64,000 nt of DNA. Source: a bacterium. Its GTDB lineage: Bacteria; SAR324; NAC60-12. The DNA is taken from positions 448,001 to 512,000 of the forward strand of contig OZ242383.1 of the NCBI GenBank assembly GCA_965209155.1, in the 5' to 3' direction. Position 1 is the first letter of the stretch. Each line of letters starts with the position of its first letter. Positions 21,531 to 31,462 of this stretch are shown in pieces. The notes under the pieces were generated by a model that saw only the letters and a list, made by a program, of their open reading frames with translations, was not told the DNA's origin and ran no database searches. The translations under genes were made by a program, and so were the position numbers.

Positions 21531-21705
21531 TTGTTTTCTTCGGAGTTCCATCGCCTTGTGGCTAATTTCTTCAATACTTTGGCCTTCCCACAAATTTCTT
21601 TGCCATTCTGTGTAGTCAAATGGTTCTCGTTGAATCAGAGCAATAAATCGTTCTGCGTCAACTTCCCCGAGAGACTTCATAAGCGCTTCAATTCCTTTCT
21701 CTAAA
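21513..21705 (-). pseudogene. 5'-truncated small antitoxin-like gene
   Basis: LEKGIEALMKSLGEVDAERFIALIQREPFDYTEWQRNLWEGQSIEEISHKAMELRRKQAEQDA*; stop codon lies inside the attC; not in the ORF track. Confidence 0.55.
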
Positions 21706-21913
21706 TTGGTCAGAATAAACGATCAAAGTTGACCAATTTTAAGGAATGAATTAAAAAATGATTAAAAGAGAGCGTCGCTTCGCTCCGAGGGCGTCTTCGA
21801 AGTGACCTGATTTGATGATCAAAGATTAGCCGAATCGAAGATCGACGTGAGCGGAATACGCAATTTTACGATGATGAATTATAATTATGTGATTAAAAGA
21901 GTAGGAGAAAATT

Positions 21914-22303
21914 ATGGGGCATGTATTTACTGATATTGAACTGAGTAACCCACGTGAATCAGATCTAAAACCGATTCAGGTAAAGGCTCTTGCTGATACA
22001 GGTGCATTGATGCTCTGTATACCGGAGCATGTAGCCCTTCAATTGAAACTAAAAACAGAGTCGGAAAGAGAAGTGTCTGTTGCTGACGGACGAAAAATGA
22101 GTGTTCCTTATGTAGGCCCAATTAAAGTAAGTTTCAAAAACCGTATATGTTTTGTCGGGGCGCTGGTTCTAGGAGATGAGGTTCTGTTAGGTGTGGTTCC
22201 TATGGAAGATATGGATTTGGTGATATCTCCTGGTCGTAAAGAAGTAACCGTCGATCCGTCAAGTCCTAATATTCCTCACGCACGTGTAAAATCGCTAGCA
22301 TGA
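21914..22303 (+). CDS. Clan AA aspartic protease (AF_0612-like)
   Basis: ALADTGA catalytic motif and VLLG..PMEDMDL; SD GGAG. Confidence 0.85.
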   Translation: MGHVFTDIELSNPRESDLKPIQVKALADTGALMLCIPEHVALQLKLKTESEREVSVADGRKMSVPYVGPIKVSFKNRICFVGALVLGDEVLLGVVPMEDMDLVISPGRKEVTVDPSSPNIPHARVKSLA

Positions 22304-22502
22304 CGTTTGATCTCCTATTATGGCAAACTCCGCCTTGACATCTTTCCTTAATTCTCCATATCTTTGATAAAGTTGGTCATTTTGACAACGTGTTCTAAAA
22401 TTGAATGAATGCTCGGGAGCCTCATTAGAAAAGTAGAGCAAAAATAAAAAAACTTCTGTGCCTGATGACTTTGTGCCTTTGCTCCTTTGTGCCTTCTCAA
22501 CT

Positions 22503-22850
22503 CAATCGCTCCTAAGCAAGCTCAAGCAACTTTTTGCGAAAGCTGCTTATTTTGAGTGCGCATCACTCCTTGAAATGATGCGCTCTGCATCCCATGCTTT
22601 TCGTTCCGGGAAGGGCAGGATGGCCCAGTATTTTCAAGGACTGACACAGAGAAGAGCGAGGATCAAGTCCAGGATGAGACAAGCACTCGCCACTGAGGAG
22701 TTAAGATGAGTAAAAAAATCGATTGACCTTCTCTAAATTTTTTTATATTGTGCTGGAAGGATGCCTTTGCTATTCTGGGAGCGAAAGTCATATTTTAGAC
22801 ACGTTTTGAAATATCGTCAGATGGATAGGATACTGAAGGGGATAATTAAA
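22503..22850 (+). repeat. Orphan copy of the distal leader block, with no SBP following
   Basis: Matches 25330-25550, 44505-44725 and 6432-6560; the first 60 nt also match 38357-38421. Confidence 0.85.
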
Positions 22851-22858
22851 TAATTACT

Positions 22859-23146
22859 CTAAATTTCGACCGAAGTGGCGTGGTGGGTGGCGGCTCGACC
22901 GTCTTGTTGGGCAATGCTCTCTAAATACAGTGTATCTGGACAAAAATCTTGTCCACCTTCCCATCGAATACTTCCTAAAAAAGGTTTTACTGAATCGAAT
23001 TTCTTAAGATTTTTAAGGTCTTTAAAAATCCCTTTATCCAAATAAGGTCGCACATCAAAAACCTTCTTTTCGCCATTATCAAATGTAAGATTGATCGTGA
23101 AATCCGGATTTGCTGAGACTTCTTTAACTCTTGGGTTCATCATCAT
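22859..23146 (-). CDS. DUF2442-family protein; 3' end reads into a half attC (22865-22912)
   Basis: LTFDNGEKKVFDV...GIFKDL...IRWEGGQDFCPDTLY. Confidence 0.8.
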   Translation of the reverse strand: MMMNPRVKEVSANPDFTINLTFDNGEKKVFDVRPYLDKGIFKDLKNLKKFDSVKPFLGSIRWEGGQDFCPDTLYLESIAQQDGRAATHHATSVEI

Positions 23147-23149
23147 TCC

Positions 23150-23422
23150 TTATTTAAGAGGATCTATTTTAAAAATTGCTTCTCCATTTATAGCAAGTTT
23201 CCAGTCAGCCATCAATTCATCTCGATGTATTTCAATCCATGCCTGAACCAGTTTCAATTTGTTAGATCTCAATTCGCCTTCAATCAGTTCACCTTCTGGA
23301 ATTGTAAGCACCGCTTCTTGCTCTTGATATTTAATGTGGATGTGAGGCATTTTGTGCTGTCTGTTGTCGAAAAAATACATTGATATAATGATTCCATAGA
23401 ACATTGAAATGACTGCCATCAT
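23150..23422 (-). CDS. DUF4160-family protein (putative TA partner of DUF2442)
   Basis: MAVISMFYGIIISMYF...HKMPHIH...W...H..EL...W. Confidence 0.85.
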   Translation of the reverse strand: MMAVISMFYGIIISMYFFDNRQHKMPHIHIKYQEQEAVLTIPEGELIEGELRSNKLKLVQAWIEIHRDELMADWKLAINGEAIFKIDPLK

Positions 23423-23463
23423 TTTCTCCTGAATATTTCTTCTGACTACTGATTCGAGATGCC

Positions 23464-24139
23464 GACGCGGTAGGAATGCCAGTTACCCGGCACCCCCCGC
23501 ACAGATCCCCGCATGAAGTTTTCCCTCACGGGGCTCTTCGGTTGTACTCGCTTCCGCTCAGCGTCTTTCTAAAACAACAGTTTGCAGACGTTTCTTTTCC
23601 GTGATCTTCGGCAACACCTTGTTCACATATTTGAGCATCTGTTTGAACCCTTCCCCATTATAACTGCGTCGTTGAGATCGACGATTCAGCCATTTGAAGC
23701 AGAGACTCCCCACATGCCTGTGAAAATGCAAGAGCGAATCGAAATTCCCTCGCACGCCATAGTCTAAGGTGGACCCCGGTGGCCCTTCACATCCTCGCCA
23801 TTGACGGATGCTCTTGTGTTGGCTTCGGCATTCGTTAACACCCTCGCCGACCACGACTACTTGTTTCGAGGCTGTATCAACTTTCAGGAGGAGGCTCTCC
23901 CTACGGCCTGCAAGTTTCTCTGTGTACGCTTCGTGTATCTTGTTCGGATAACCGGTGCCTCTCATGGTGGATTGTCGATCGAGCCGACTCCCAATGTCCT
24001 TTGAGTATCTGGGTGATACCCACAAGATTTCCCAGTAGAGCCTCCGCCATACACGCAACACTCGATACGGGTGACTGGCTAGGTCTTACCCGACGGGGAC
24101 TTGCACCCCGCAAGATGCGCCAAGCTTCGCTTGGCGCGC
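23464..24139 (-). mobile_element. Group II intron remnant with most of the RT ORF deleted, inserted in an attC core site
   Basis: 5' GCGCGCCAAGCGAAGCTTGGCGC; domain V GAGCCCCGTGAGGGAAAACTTCATGCGGGGATC (23536-23504); domain VI hairpin; maturase tail YGVRGNFDSL...FKWLNRRSQRRSY. Confidence 0.88.
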
Positions 24140-24228
24140 TAACGCAAAGGTCACTTGCGCCCACCCGACTGCCACAAAACTTCATGAAAAGCGCAGGGGT
24201 GGGCGTCAAGTGAACCGCCTGGTTGGCA
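24137..24228 (-). other. attC site interrupted by the intron
   Basis: Minus strand TGCCAAC-caggc-GGTTCACTTGACGCCCACCC...GGGTGGGCGCAAGTGACC-tttgc-GTTA|; removing the intron restores GTTAGGC. Confidence 0.85.
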
Positions 24229-24284
24229 CTTTTTTCTTGAATTATTGTATGTGTGCTCGCCATGAGAAACTAAGGAAAGACCGT

Positions 24285-25199
24285 TTATTCATCCGGATCA
24301 ATTCCTGCTTTTTTCAAGATTTCCATGAGCCTTTCTTTCTCAGCTCTTTCCTTTTCTTCTCTCCTCAGAGTGTCTTCCTTCTCTCTCACCGCCTCTTCCT
24401 CTCTCCGCAAGGCTTCTTCCTTGTCTCGCAAGGCTTCTCCCTCTCTCCGCAAGGCATCTTCTAAAAGTTGTTGCCTTGTTTGTTCTTCACGGATGGCATT
24501 TTGACGAGCTTGGTATAAGTGATAATCAGCTTCTTTGTCAGAAAATCTCTTTAGGACTGCCATAGCTTGCCTCATTTCAGGGGTGTTGAGAATTTCGGGT
24601 AATTCCTTCCAGTTCTCGGCTTCTTTAAAAAAGTAAAGCCAGTAATCTTCAGCGTTCAATGCCTCGGAATATCGCCATTTTTCCAATTCCAAAACATGGA
24701 TGGAACAATGCTCCGACAAACGTTTTTCGTTCGCTTGATCCACCAGTTGGAAGTGATGATGAAAGGTCGGACTTTCAGAAAACAGATTTTCAGTCAACAT
24801 CCAAATGGAGATCACCGGACGTAATTCTGAGAATGGCTCCCCGCTTTGTAACTGGGATTGATAGATGTCACTCCACGTGTAGAGCATCCTCTCCGGCAAA
24901 TAAGAAAAAACTGCCAATTGAATTTCGACCTGATAGGTCCTTCCCTGTTCATCTCTGGCTTTCACATCGACAATCGTCAACTTGTCCGAATAAAACTCGC
25001 GTTCATTGTAGGGGTTGAGGATTTCGACATCCGAAATGGGAAACTGTGGTGCCAGGACAGCATTGAGGAAATCAAGCAGTAAGTTCTTATTTTCCTCTGC
25101 TCCCAAAATGGCCTTGTAGACACAATCGACTGTCGGAGATATGCGATGTTTCACCAGGATACTCCTCAAAGAAGGGAGCAAGAAAGTCCTTGTTTTCAA
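24285..25199 (-). CDS. Rpn-family PD-(D/E)XK nuclease (recombination-promoting nuclease / putative transposase)
   Basis: VDCVYKAILG, DKLTIVDVKARD..G..YQVEIQ, HVLELEK; C-terminal REEEA-type repeats. Confidence 0.9.
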   Translation of the reverse strand: MKTRTFLLPSLRSILVKHRISPTVDCVYKAILGAEENKNLLLDFLNAVLAPQFPISDVEILNPYNEREFYSDKLTIVDVKARDEQGRTYQVEIQLAVFSYLPERMLYTWSDIYQSQLQSGEPFSELRPVISIWMLTENLFSESPTFHHHFQLVDQANEKRLSEHCSIHVLELEKWRYSEALNAEDYWLYFFKEAENWKELPEILNTPEMRQAMAVLKRFSDKEADYHLYQARQNAIREEQTRQQLLEDALRREGEALRDKEEALRREEEAVREKEDTLRREEKERAEKERLMEILKKAGIDPDE

Positions 25200-26159
25200 T
25201 CAGTATATCAAAGCGTTTGGGCAACAGCGAGACTTATTTGTTGTCCCTATGTCTCGAGGAAAGTTTTAAGCATCGTAGAACTGAAAGAGTTTTCCCAGTT
25301 ATCTCAGCGGACCATCGAAACGCGTGCCGAGTACGCATCAGTCCTTGAAATGATTCACTCTGAATCCCATGCTTTTCGTTCCAGGAAGGGCAGGATTGCC
25401 CAGTATTTTCAAGGACTGACACAGAGAGCAGCGAGGATCAAGTCCAGGATGACACCAGCACTCGCTACTGAGGAATCAAGGTGAGCAAAAAAAAATCGAT
25501 TGAACTCCTCTGAATATTGTTATATAGAGAGGATACTGAAGGGGATAATGAAATCTACCAGGATTTTGCCATCATCGTTCTTTTGTGATAGTTTTCAAGA
25601 AATCGTCTTTATGGCTGCTGGTCTTTCGTTTTCTTTTGTGATCGTTTTCAACGAAATCGCCTTGGGCTGAAGATTTTTAAGAATTTCGACTTGTTTTTCG
25701 TTTTCTTATTTGATAGATTTCAAGAAATTGCCTTGGGCTGAAAGTTTTATTTCTATTTCGCTCCTGTTGATTGAGCCGAAAGTCATCTAAAACCTCATCT
25801 CCTCACCAGAGGATTTTTAGAAACGGTCAATGGGGAATGGAAAAGTGCTAAAAATGTTGACTTGTGGATCTCAATATGAAAAAAACAGTTTCGTTGATCA
25901 TCAGAAGACACTCATGAATGAGTCGCCCTGTTCAAAAAAACCTTGATACATTTGCAGAGCGATTATACTATTTCCAGGTATGAGAAAAATTTGCTTTAAA
26001 TGACTAAATCGGATCCGTCTTAAAAAATATGTTGATTTTTTTCTGGATATAAAATATTTTCCTTAAAGAGTCGCTGTCGCGAAATGGCTTTTCGCTGTCA
26101 GCTATCAATCAGGATGACATGAAAGTCTGAAATTAAACCGTTTCAAGTATAAAAATTTC

Positions 26160-26188
26160 TTGACAAAAGGTTAATATGAGAGTATCAT
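26160..26188 (+). promoter_or_regulatory. sigma70-type promoter, module 4
   Basis: TTGACA-N17-TATCAT. Confidence 0.8.
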
Positions 26189-26193
26189 TCAAT

Positions 26194-26235
26194 CACCCGG
26201 CACCCGGCACCCGGCACCCGGCACCCGGCACCCGG
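26194..26235 (+). repeat. Heptamer VNTR (CACCCGG)x6
   Basis: 42 nt of perfect tandem repeat. Confidence 0.98.
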
Positions 26236-26470
26236 CACCCCAAATTCTAAGCTCCCAGTTCCCAGTTCCCACGTTCTAAATCCCAAGTCCCCAGTTCATT
26301 GGGTTGTCCCCCCTTATCTCATCTCGACTTCAGGGAGAGATCCTTGAATTACCCCCCAGTTCATTTCAGCAAATGGAAATGCCTCGAGAGAATTGAAAGC
26401 TCATAGTTCATTGCCCCATCCTGGAGCCAATGAATCGTTTTTTTGATCACTCCAAAATGAAGGAGACCCA

Positions 26471-28348
26471 ATGTGTAGAGAAAACGTCGAGAACGTGCTT
26501 TCGGGAACGAAAGCAGGTTTTAAAGCAATCCTAAATCTTGTTTTTAATCAAAAAGCAGAAAGGAAAAAGATGGAAAATCAAAAAAGCAAATCAACCTTCA
26601 GTGCAATCCTGATGTCCCTCACCCTGGGGGTGACAGTTTTCCTTGCCGGTCCGGCTGCCGCTCAGAAGTATGTGACGGATCCCACCACTGGAAAAGTAGT
26701 GACTGCACCTGAGTATGGCGGGACCGTCACCTTCGCGCTGGCACTGGAACCGGATAACGCCGACACCGGGTTCCATCACTACCCTGCGATAGTCGCCTCC
26801 GGCGTTGTAGAGAGGCTCGGCATCGCGGACTGGGCAGTCGAACGGGACGTGTTCGACTTCAGAACATCGTACATACCCGCAGAGATCCTCAGAGGCCAAC
26901 TGGCCGAGAGATGGGAGACCCCAGACCCTCTGACGTATATCTTCCACATCCGCCAGGGTGTTCACTGGCATGCCAAGGCACCGTTGAAAAGTCGGGCGCT
27001 GACCGCCAAGGACGTCGAGTACAACTTTCACCGTCACCTGGGCCTGGGCAGTGGTTTCACCGAGAAGAGTGAAGGAGCCGCGGTAAGCGGGGTGATCGAC
27101 GACCTTGGCATCGAATCGGTAACCGCCGAAGGATCGACCGTCGTCTTTCGACTGGCTAAGCTGAACTTCGATGCCCTCAAGGGTATTTTTATCGACGGCA
27201 TCACCTATGTATATCCGCCCGAGGTAATCGAGGCCCACGGCGCTGTGACGGACTGGCGCAACCTGGTCGGCACCGGACCGCTGATGCTGACTGACTGGAC
27301 CGAGGGCAGCTCTATCAGCTGGGAAAAGAATCCCGACTACTGGGGCTTCGACGAAAAGTATCCTCAGAACCGCTTACCGTACATAGACAAGTTGCGGGCT
27401 CTGGTCATGCCGGAATCGGCGACACAACTGGCGGCGTTGCGCTCGGGTCGTGTCGAGGTCATCGGCAATTTAGGTGCCTCGCAGATCCGCACCATCGACC
27501 AGGCAGAGAGCCTCAAGCGAACGAACCCCGATATCGTGCTGTCGGCCTCCTCGTTCCGTTCGGAGACGTCATTCGGTCTGAACCAGAGAAAGACACCGAT
27601 GAACGACATCCGGGTGCGCCATGCGCTGCAGCTGGCGCTCGACCTGGAGACGATCAACAAAACCTACTGGCAGGGCTGGGCGGACATCACACCGCAGGAA
27701 TTCCTCGGGCCCGCTATGCTCGGCTATGCCACCCCATTCGAAGAGTGGCCGGAGGAGATCAAGAGGAACTACACCTATGATCCACAGAGGGCCGAGCGCC
27801 TGCTCGATGAAGCCGGTTATCCGCGCGGCTCGGATGGCATTCGATTCTCGACCACACTCGAGCCGATCGCTTCTTGGGATCATAGCTTCTTCGAATTGGC
27901 TATCGAGTTCTTCGGTAGAATTGGCGTGGAGGTCAAGATGATCAATACGGATGGGACCAATTGGAGTGCTCGTGTTCGTGAGCACAAATACGACGGTCTG
28001 ATCAGCTACATCGCAGGCTTCGAGCTCAACCCCCTCATGCTGCTACAGTTTGTCTCGACCAACGAGTGGAACCCTACTGGCGCGCAGGACCCCGAGATGG
28101 ACCGTTTGTGGGCAGCGACGCAAGAGGCCACCACCCTCGAGGAGTACCAGCGGCGGGTCAGAGAGGCAAATCAGTATGCCACGGCACAGCACTGGATCCT
28201 GTGGGGTGGGAGGGTCCCGCAGTTTTCGGCCTACCAGCCGTGGCTCAAAGGCTATAACGGGGAAACCACCTTGGGGGGCATGGACGGTAACATGATATTC
28301 TCCCGCCTCTGGATTGACCAGGAGCTGAAGAAGGAAATGGGATTTTAG
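26471..28348 (+). CDS. Family 5 ABC substrate-binding protein, module 4 (probable start 26570; no permeases follow)
   Basis: SBP motifs; signal peptide ending PAAA-Q. Confidence 0.93.
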   Translation: MCRENVENVLSGTKAGFKAILNLVFNQKAERKKMENQKSKSTFSAILMSLTLGVTVFLAGPAAAQKYVTDPTTGKVVTAPEYGGTVTFALALEPDNADTGFHHYPAIVASGVVERLGIADWAVERDVFDFRTSYIPAEILRGQLAERWETPDPLTYIFHIRQGVHWHAKAPLKSRALTAKDVEYNFHRHLGLGSGFTEKSEGAAVSGVIDDLGIESVTAEGSTVVFRLAKLNFDALKGIFIDGITYVYPPEVIEAHGAVTDWRNLVGTGPLMLTDWTEGSSISWEKNPDYWGFDEKYPQNRLPYIDKLRALVMPESATQLAALRSGRVEVIGNLGASQIRTIDQAESLKRTNPDIVLSASSFRSETSFGLNQRKTPMNDIRVRHALQLALDLETINKTYWQGWADITPQEFLGPAMLGYATPFEEWPEEIKRNYTYDPQRAERLLDEAGYPRGSDGIRFSTTLEPIASWDHSFFELAIEFFGRIGVEVKMINTDGTNWSARVREHKYDGLISYIAGFELNPLMLLQFVSTNEWNPTGAQDPEMDRLWAATQEATTLEEYQRRVREANQYATAQHWILWGGRVPQFSAYQPWLKGYNGETTLGGMDGNMIFSRLWIDQELKKEMGF

Positions 28349-28665
28349 TCGGGGATGGGTTGCTTGGAGAAACAAACCGCCAGCTGCACTTCGCATAGCC
28401 GGCGGTCGCATGGAAGGGCAACCTCCACTCCAAGCTCTCTTTTCCCCAAGGCCAGCGGATTGATGCGTAATTAAGGTAGTTCCCATTCGACCTGAAAAGA
28501 ATGTTCCCTTCAGCAATTGAACATTTCTTCTCTTGTCCAGGAGATCTTGCCCACTTGAGCAGCGCGGCAAGATCGGTGGAGCGAAACCCGGTTCGTGCTG
28601 GAATCGGCCCCCACGCTAAAGATTTCATATTTACTCCTTTCATTAAGTTGAGTTTTTGCTTATGC

Positions 28666-29070
28666 TCAAATCCCCATGTCTTTCAGGTTGTAGTTTTTCA
28701 AAAGGTGCTCGCGTGTGAAATCGTTCCAGCGGAGGGAATCCAGCTCGTCGGCCAGCGGCTGGTAATGGTAGCGCGGTTCATGGGGAAAACACTGGTGACG
28801 GGCATCGATGGCCAGAGCGATGATGCGGGAGCGTTCATGAATCCGCGCCTCGTCGTAGGGTTCGGTATCCCTTCCCTTTACGCTCAGAAGGGAAGCCCGG
28901 CGGTGACAGCCAAACTGGTAAGTCGCCCGCATGACCGGTGAGGGGTTGGCAAGGGAGCCATGCAACACCTGGCGGTTCATGATCACCACATCGCCCGGTT
29001 GACACAGCATCGGGACGGCCCCTGGGAGACGGTCCGAACCCCCATTGGCCTGGATCCGGGCCAGGATAGG
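28666..29070 (-). pseudogene. Phytanoyl-CoA dioxygenase (PhyH)-like C-terminal fragment
   Basis: AVPMLCQPGDVVIMNRQVLHGSLANPSPVMR; N-terminal half missing. Confidence 0.7.
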
Positions 29071-29160
29071 GTTGCGCTACGCTCCACCCCATGCTGTGAT
29101 GAGATGCTCCGTTGGAGCATATACGGTCCTGCCATTACTCATGAATGGAAATACCTTGAG

Positions 29161-29282
29161 GCACAACGCAAAGATCAGCCGTTTCCCACCAAACTCCTGA
29201 CTGATGTAATAAATTTTGAGTTTACCGAAAACCTTGAATCGAAGCGGTTGTGGTGGGAATCGGCTGCATCGTCTTGTTAGCG
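29161..29282 (-). other. attC site
   Basis: Minus strand CGCTAAC-aagac-GATGCAGCCGATTCCCACCA...TGGTGGGAAACGGCTGATC-tttgc-GTTGTGC, with an extrahelical G. Confidence 0.82.
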
Positions 29283-29594
29283 AACGGCGCTCTCGCCACT
29301 CCCTTGGCTGGTGCAATCGTATCGGTATATGTTTGCTAAAGTGCAAAAAATCTTGATCCGTTGTAAAAATCGATAGGTTATGCCGTTCGGCGATTGCACA
29401 TATCAAAAAATCTGTATTAGACCCCTGAACTCCTTTTCGGCGATTTATAATGAAGAAGTCAGCAGCAAGTTCATAATCGGCTACCGCCAGCGATAAATGA
29501 TGAGTTCTTGAAGTTCCTTCACATTCTCATCTTCAACAGGCTTATGCCTTCTCAAAGAAAGCGACCAAATGCTAGTATCCACCAAAATTTTCAT
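29283..29594 (-). pseudogene. VapC/PIN toxin, internally deleted
   Basis: MKILVDTSIWSLSLRRH...; GVQGSNTDFLICAIAERHNLSIFTTDQDF. Confidence 0.8.
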
Positions 29595-29809
29595 AATTTG
29601 TTTCGTTGTGCTTTATAATCAAAGTCGGGAGCATAATCAACGGTCCCAAATAGCTCTAGTATTTGATACTGTTTACGACGTTGTATATACTCCTCTAGAG
29701 CTTCGGTGACTACAGCCTTTTTAGTCCGATGCCCTCCGATTGTTAAAGCTTCCTGGATTAACTGATCATCCAAGGCGAGATTTGTGGCCATATTCTTCCT
29801 TTCACACAT
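29591..29809 (-). CDS. VapB-family antitoxin (likely start 29791)
   Basis: MATNLALDDQLIQEA...HRTKKAVVTEALEEY...DYKAQR. Confidence 0.85.
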   Translation of the reverse strand: MCERKNMATNLALDDQLIQEALTIGGHRTKKAVVTEALEEYIQRRKQYQILELFGTVDYAPDFDYKAQRNKL

Positions 29810-29873
29810 TCTTTTGTATTTATCTATGTGTAGCTTAGGTTGTAAGAATTTGCAAGATAAGGATTATTGAGTT

Positions 29874-29998
29874 TGCCAACAATAAGTTCAGGCTTGTGTG
29901 GGGAAGGAAAACAATGGAAAAGGCAAGAACCTATAAAGCTACTGCGAAATTTTGAAAAAATGCGTACCCCCCATATAGCCTGGAAGGTTTTGTGATCT
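29874..29998 (-). other. attC-like site with a degenerate first core box
   Basis: Minus strand AGATCAC-aaaac-CTTCCAGGCTATATGGGG...CCCCACACAAGCCTGAAC-ttatt-GTTGGCA. Confidence 0.6.
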
Positions 29999-30061
29999 TA
30001 TTGTTCTTGCTTAGGGCTACTTCGCCTAATTGGGCTCTTCCTTTCTTCCGGTTATCATTCA

Positions 30062-30313
30062 TCAGATAAATTGAGATATTTTAAATACCCCACAGAGTTG
30101 GAGTGTCTCTTGGTCAAATTGATAATGGAGTTGCATTCTCCCTTGAGAATCTTGATAGTCATAGAACCAATAGCGTCTCAATCGATTAGGTCTTTGTTGA
30201 CCCATCGTCGGATCCAGACTTAATTTCCAAATGATATCATCTAATATATCCTGTTGCTCATCATCCGGTTTTGAGATCTGTCGCTTGAATGTACGAGTTT
30301 TGACGACCTTCAA
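30062..30313 (-). CDS. RelE/ParE-like toxin
   Basis: MKVVKTRTFKRQISK...DPTMGQ; overlaps the antitoxin stop. Confidence 0.6.
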   Translation of the reverse strand: MKVVKTRTFKRQISKPDDEQQDILDDIIWKLSLDPTMGQQRPNRLRRYWFYDYQDSQGRMQLHYQFDQETLQLCGVFKISQFI

Positions 30314-30549
30314 TCAGACCTCCGTTTCTTCCGAAATTCATAGGCTTCCACATTATCATTTTCAAGATCGGCTTCACTTTGAAGGAGCATGGTAATTGCC
30401 TCAAAATTCAGATCAGGATACTCTTCGGATATTTGTCCAATCATCGTCCAATATTCGATTTGTTTCGATAAAGGACGATGGCTTGCTTTTGAGGCTATAG
30501 TTGCGGAAGCAAGGATATTATCGTCGATACGAATCGGAGTAGATGGCAT
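30310..30549 (-). CDS. ParD-like antitoxin
   Basis: PIRIDD...HRPLSKQIEYW..IG...EEYPDL. Confidence 0.8.
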   Translation of the reverse strand: MPSTPIRIDDNILASATIASKASHRPLSKQIEYWTMIGQISEEYPDLNFEAITMLLQSEADLENDNVEAYEFRKKRRSD

Positions 30550-31178
30550 ATTACCTCCCTATTTAATGTTACATTTGTTACATATTATATCAACTGTAAC
30601 AGTAAGAGCAATAAAAAAATACTTGGAATATCCAGACAGAATATTGCCATCATCGTTTTTTGTGACAGTTTTCTACGAAATCGCCTTGGGCTGACGAATT
30701 TTAAGAATGTCGACTTGTTTTTCGTTTTCTTTATTGATAAGTTTCAACGAAATCAGCCTTGGGCTAAAGGGTTTATTTCAATTTCGCTCATATTTTAGCC
30801 GAAAGTCATCTAAAACCTCATATCCTCACCAGAGGATTTTAGAAACGGTCAACGGGGAATGGAAAAGTGCTAAAAAGGTTGACTTCTGGATCTCAATATG
30901 AAAAAAACAGTTTCGTTGATCATCAGAAGACATTCATGAATGAGTCACCCTTTTCAAAAAAACCTTGATATATTTGCAGAGCGATTATACTATTTCCAGG
31001 TATGAGAAAAATTTGCTTTAAATGACTAAATCGGATCCGTCTTAAAAAATATGTTGATTTTTTTCTGGATATAAAATATTTTCCTTAATGAGTCGCTGTC
31101 GCGAAATGGCTTTTCGCTGTCAGCTATCAATCAGGATGACATGAAAGTCTGAAATTAACCCGTCAAATATAAAATAGC

Positions 31179-31207
31179 TTGACAAAAGGTTAATATGAGA
31201 GTATCAT
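31179..31207 (+). promoter_or_regulatory. sigma70-type promoter, module 5
   Basis: TTGACA-N17-TATCAT. Confidence 0.8.
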
Positions 31208-31396
31208 TCAATCACCCAGTACCCCAAGTTCTAAGTTCCCATCTTCTAAATCCCAAGTCCCCAGTTCATTGGGTTGTCCCCCTTATCTTATCTCGACTTC
31301 AGGGAGAGATCCTTGAGATCCCTCGTTCTCCGTTCCGGGAACGGAACGGCAATGGGGAATTTGGAAAATCATCGGCGCCTGAGTGCGTCGGTTTAT

Positions 31397-31436
31397 AGTT
31401 CATTGCCCCATCCTGGAGGCAATGAATTGGTTTTTT
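31397..31436 (+). terminator. Leader hairpin with T-tract, module 5
   Basis: TTCATTGCC-ccatcctgga-GGCAATGAA followed by ttgg-T6. Confidence 0.55.
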
Positions 31437-31462
31437 GATCACTTGAAAATGAAGGAGACCCA

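Larger units (their letters stand above)
25290..26470 (+). repeat. Module 4 leader
   Basis: Near-identical copy including the distal block. Confidence 0.95.
30640..31462 (+). repeat. Module 5 leader
   Basis: Near-identical copy; no perfect CACCCGG unit. Confidence 0.95.

Noticed and set aside
23558..24061. Diversity-generating retroelement or retron RT explaining SBP variability
   Set aside because: Only a group II intron maturase tail remains, with no RT catalytic core; no template/variable repeat pair differing only at adenines was seen
26190..26470. Known riboswitch (cobalamin, TPP, SAM, T-box) in the leader
   Set aside because: No consensus elements of these classes were recognised by eye; kept only as an unclassified candidate
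28245..28643. 132-aa minus ORF downstream of SBP4
   Set aside because: Overlaps the SBP end and has no recognisable motif; may be debris but cannot be supported
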